A stretch of DNA of 64,000 nucleotides from contig NEEC01000015.1 of the NCBI GenBank assembly GCA_002189035.1, positions 992,001 to 1,056,000 on the forward strand. Reading direction: 5' to 3'. The stretch is from Utricularia gibba (lineage: Eukaryota > Plantae > Magnoliophyta). Positions 62,959-64,000 of this stretch are shown here, one piece after another (the stretch's first letter is position 1; each line of letters begins with the position of its first letter). Under the pieces are notes generated by a model. It ran no database searches. It had not been told where the DNA came from and saw nothing but the letters and a program-made list of their open reading frames with translations. A program made the position numbers and the translations under genes.

Positions 62959-63588
62959 TTAGAAGCTCGTGGATCCGACAAGCTTGGTTAGGCCAAAGGT
63001 GATGGCCATGGCCAGCCACCCCCCTACCAAGACCCTCACGGCGGAGCGCACCACCGGGGCCCGACCGAGAGCCGCCCCGGCCCACCCGAACACCACCAAC
63101 GCCACGCTCACCGACGTGACCACCGCGACAACCCTGAGCTTATACTCCTTGATGAAGCAAGCGGCCAACAAGGGCACCATGGCGCCCAGGGAGAAGGAAA
63201 GGGCCGATGCCATGGACGCTTGTATGGGATTGGGTAAAGAGGGGCTGTCTTCCACGTCATTTGCAGCGCCAGCGGCTTTGTTTTCTCTTCGGAGCTGGGC
63301 CAGCTCTATGTCCAGCTGGGAGTAAACGGAGACGAATTCGCCGATGGCCATGGAACAGGCCCCGGCCACCAGGCCGGAGAACCCCGCCAGAATCATCGTC
63401 TTGATGTCGGTCTTGACAGCCCCTACGCCCACCATGAGGGAGGCCGTGGAGAGGATTCCGTCGTTGGCGCCGAGGACGGCGGCACGTAGCCACTGGGAAC
63501 GCTTCGAGTAGTCAAAATCCTCGCCATGCTCGACGTCAGCTGGTGGTATGGTCTGTTGCTCAGGGAGGCTTGATTTTTCGGCATCCAT
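62959..63588 (-). CDS. Vacuolar iron transporter homolog (VTL / nodulin-21-like, VIT1/CCC1 family)
   Basis: Intronless 209-aa ORF: DYSKRSQWLRAAVLGANDGILST..AGACSMAIGEFVSVYSQLDIE..LPNPIQASMASALSF. Confidence 0.95.
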   Translation of the reverse strand: MDAEKSSLPEQQTIPPADVEHGEDFDYSKRSQWLRAAVLGANDGILSTASLMVGVGAVKTDIKTMILAGFSGLVAGACSMAIGEFVSVYSQLDIELAQLRRENKAAGAANDVEDSPSLPNPIQASMASALSFSLGAMVPLLAACFIKEYKLRVVAVVTSVSVALVVFGWAGAALGRAPVVRSAVRVLVGGWLAMAITFGLTKLVGSTSF

Positions 63589-63665
63589 TGCCGGACAGTG
63601 CCCTGATCCTGCGGCGACGGATCACTGATGTTATCGGTGGTTACCGGAGTTCATCAACCTTCTAG

Positions 63666-63673
63666 TATATATA
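63666..63673 (-). promoter_or_regulatory. TATA box of the VTL gene
   Basis: TATATATA on the minus strand, 78-85 nt upstream of the ATG. Confidence 0.55.
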
Positions 63674-64000
63674 AGAGAAAAAAGACCTGTTTTCTAGGCT
63701 TTTACTTCATCATTCCATTTCTTTTTTTATTTTTCAAAAACGCTACCACACAAATATTTGATGGTTCATAAATTTTCGCACCTCTCATTCTTTATCTGTA
63801 TGATGCATGACGCTAGAATCCACTTGCATTGGATTTTCAAGGTCTATTTACAGGTTTTAAATCTGGAAAAGCATTTTGGAAATAGTGATGTGCAACAAGG
63901 AGAGTTAAAGCATGATCATTTTATTTTGAATGTAAAACAAACATCCCAATCAACAAGAAAACACATGAGGCAGAGGGTGTTAGCTACTAGCCACGTCTTC

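Noticed and set aside
63631-63654. 7-aa uORF (MNSGNHR) upstream of the VTL gene
   Set aside because: Its ATG is only 19 nt from the start of the TATA box, probably upstream of the transcription start.
1-64000. CRISPR arrays, rRNA, organellar insertions, intact transposase or reverse transcriptase
   Set aside because: No regularly spaced repeats and no such sequence or protein motifs seen; the window is intron-containing plant nuclear DNA.

Overview
Eukaryotic (land-plant, eudicot-type) nuclear DNA: gene-dense from 0 to 46 kb with short GT-AG introns, then mostly AT-rich intergenic sequence. Eighteen protein-coding genes could be assembled by hand, in order: IDM1-like AT-hook/PHD/GNAT acetyltransferase, USP-domain protein, filament-like plant protein, ILL6-like amidohydrolase, chloroplast ascorbate peroxidase, PPR protein, ASHH2/SDG8 methyltransferase, RimP-like protein, SBDS, an uncharacterised plant protein, class-3 lipase, STAY-GREEN-LIKE, a putatively myristoylated unknown protein, a Utp12/Dip2-domain protein, two tandem VQ genes, a GT-2 trihelix factor and a VIT1-like iron transporter homolog. 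No prokaryotic features, CRISPR arrays, rRNA or intact tRNA were seen. The strongest window-wide signal is nine apparent 1-nt deletions, all in G/C homopolymer runs, which break six otherwise intact genes; this is most likely uncorrected long-read assembly error rather than biology. Best biological leads: a miR156-like sequence in an imperfect hairpin inside an apparently non-coding spliced locus (~50.5 kb), a single APX gene with both stromal and thylakoid alternative 3' exons, a five-fold PPGF motif expansion in the SDG8 C-terminus, a templated patchwork insertion (~12.8 kb) and a cryptic small gene or pseudogene (~60.4 kb). I found nothing I can confidently call a new biological system. All gene identities come from recalled protein motifs, not database searches.
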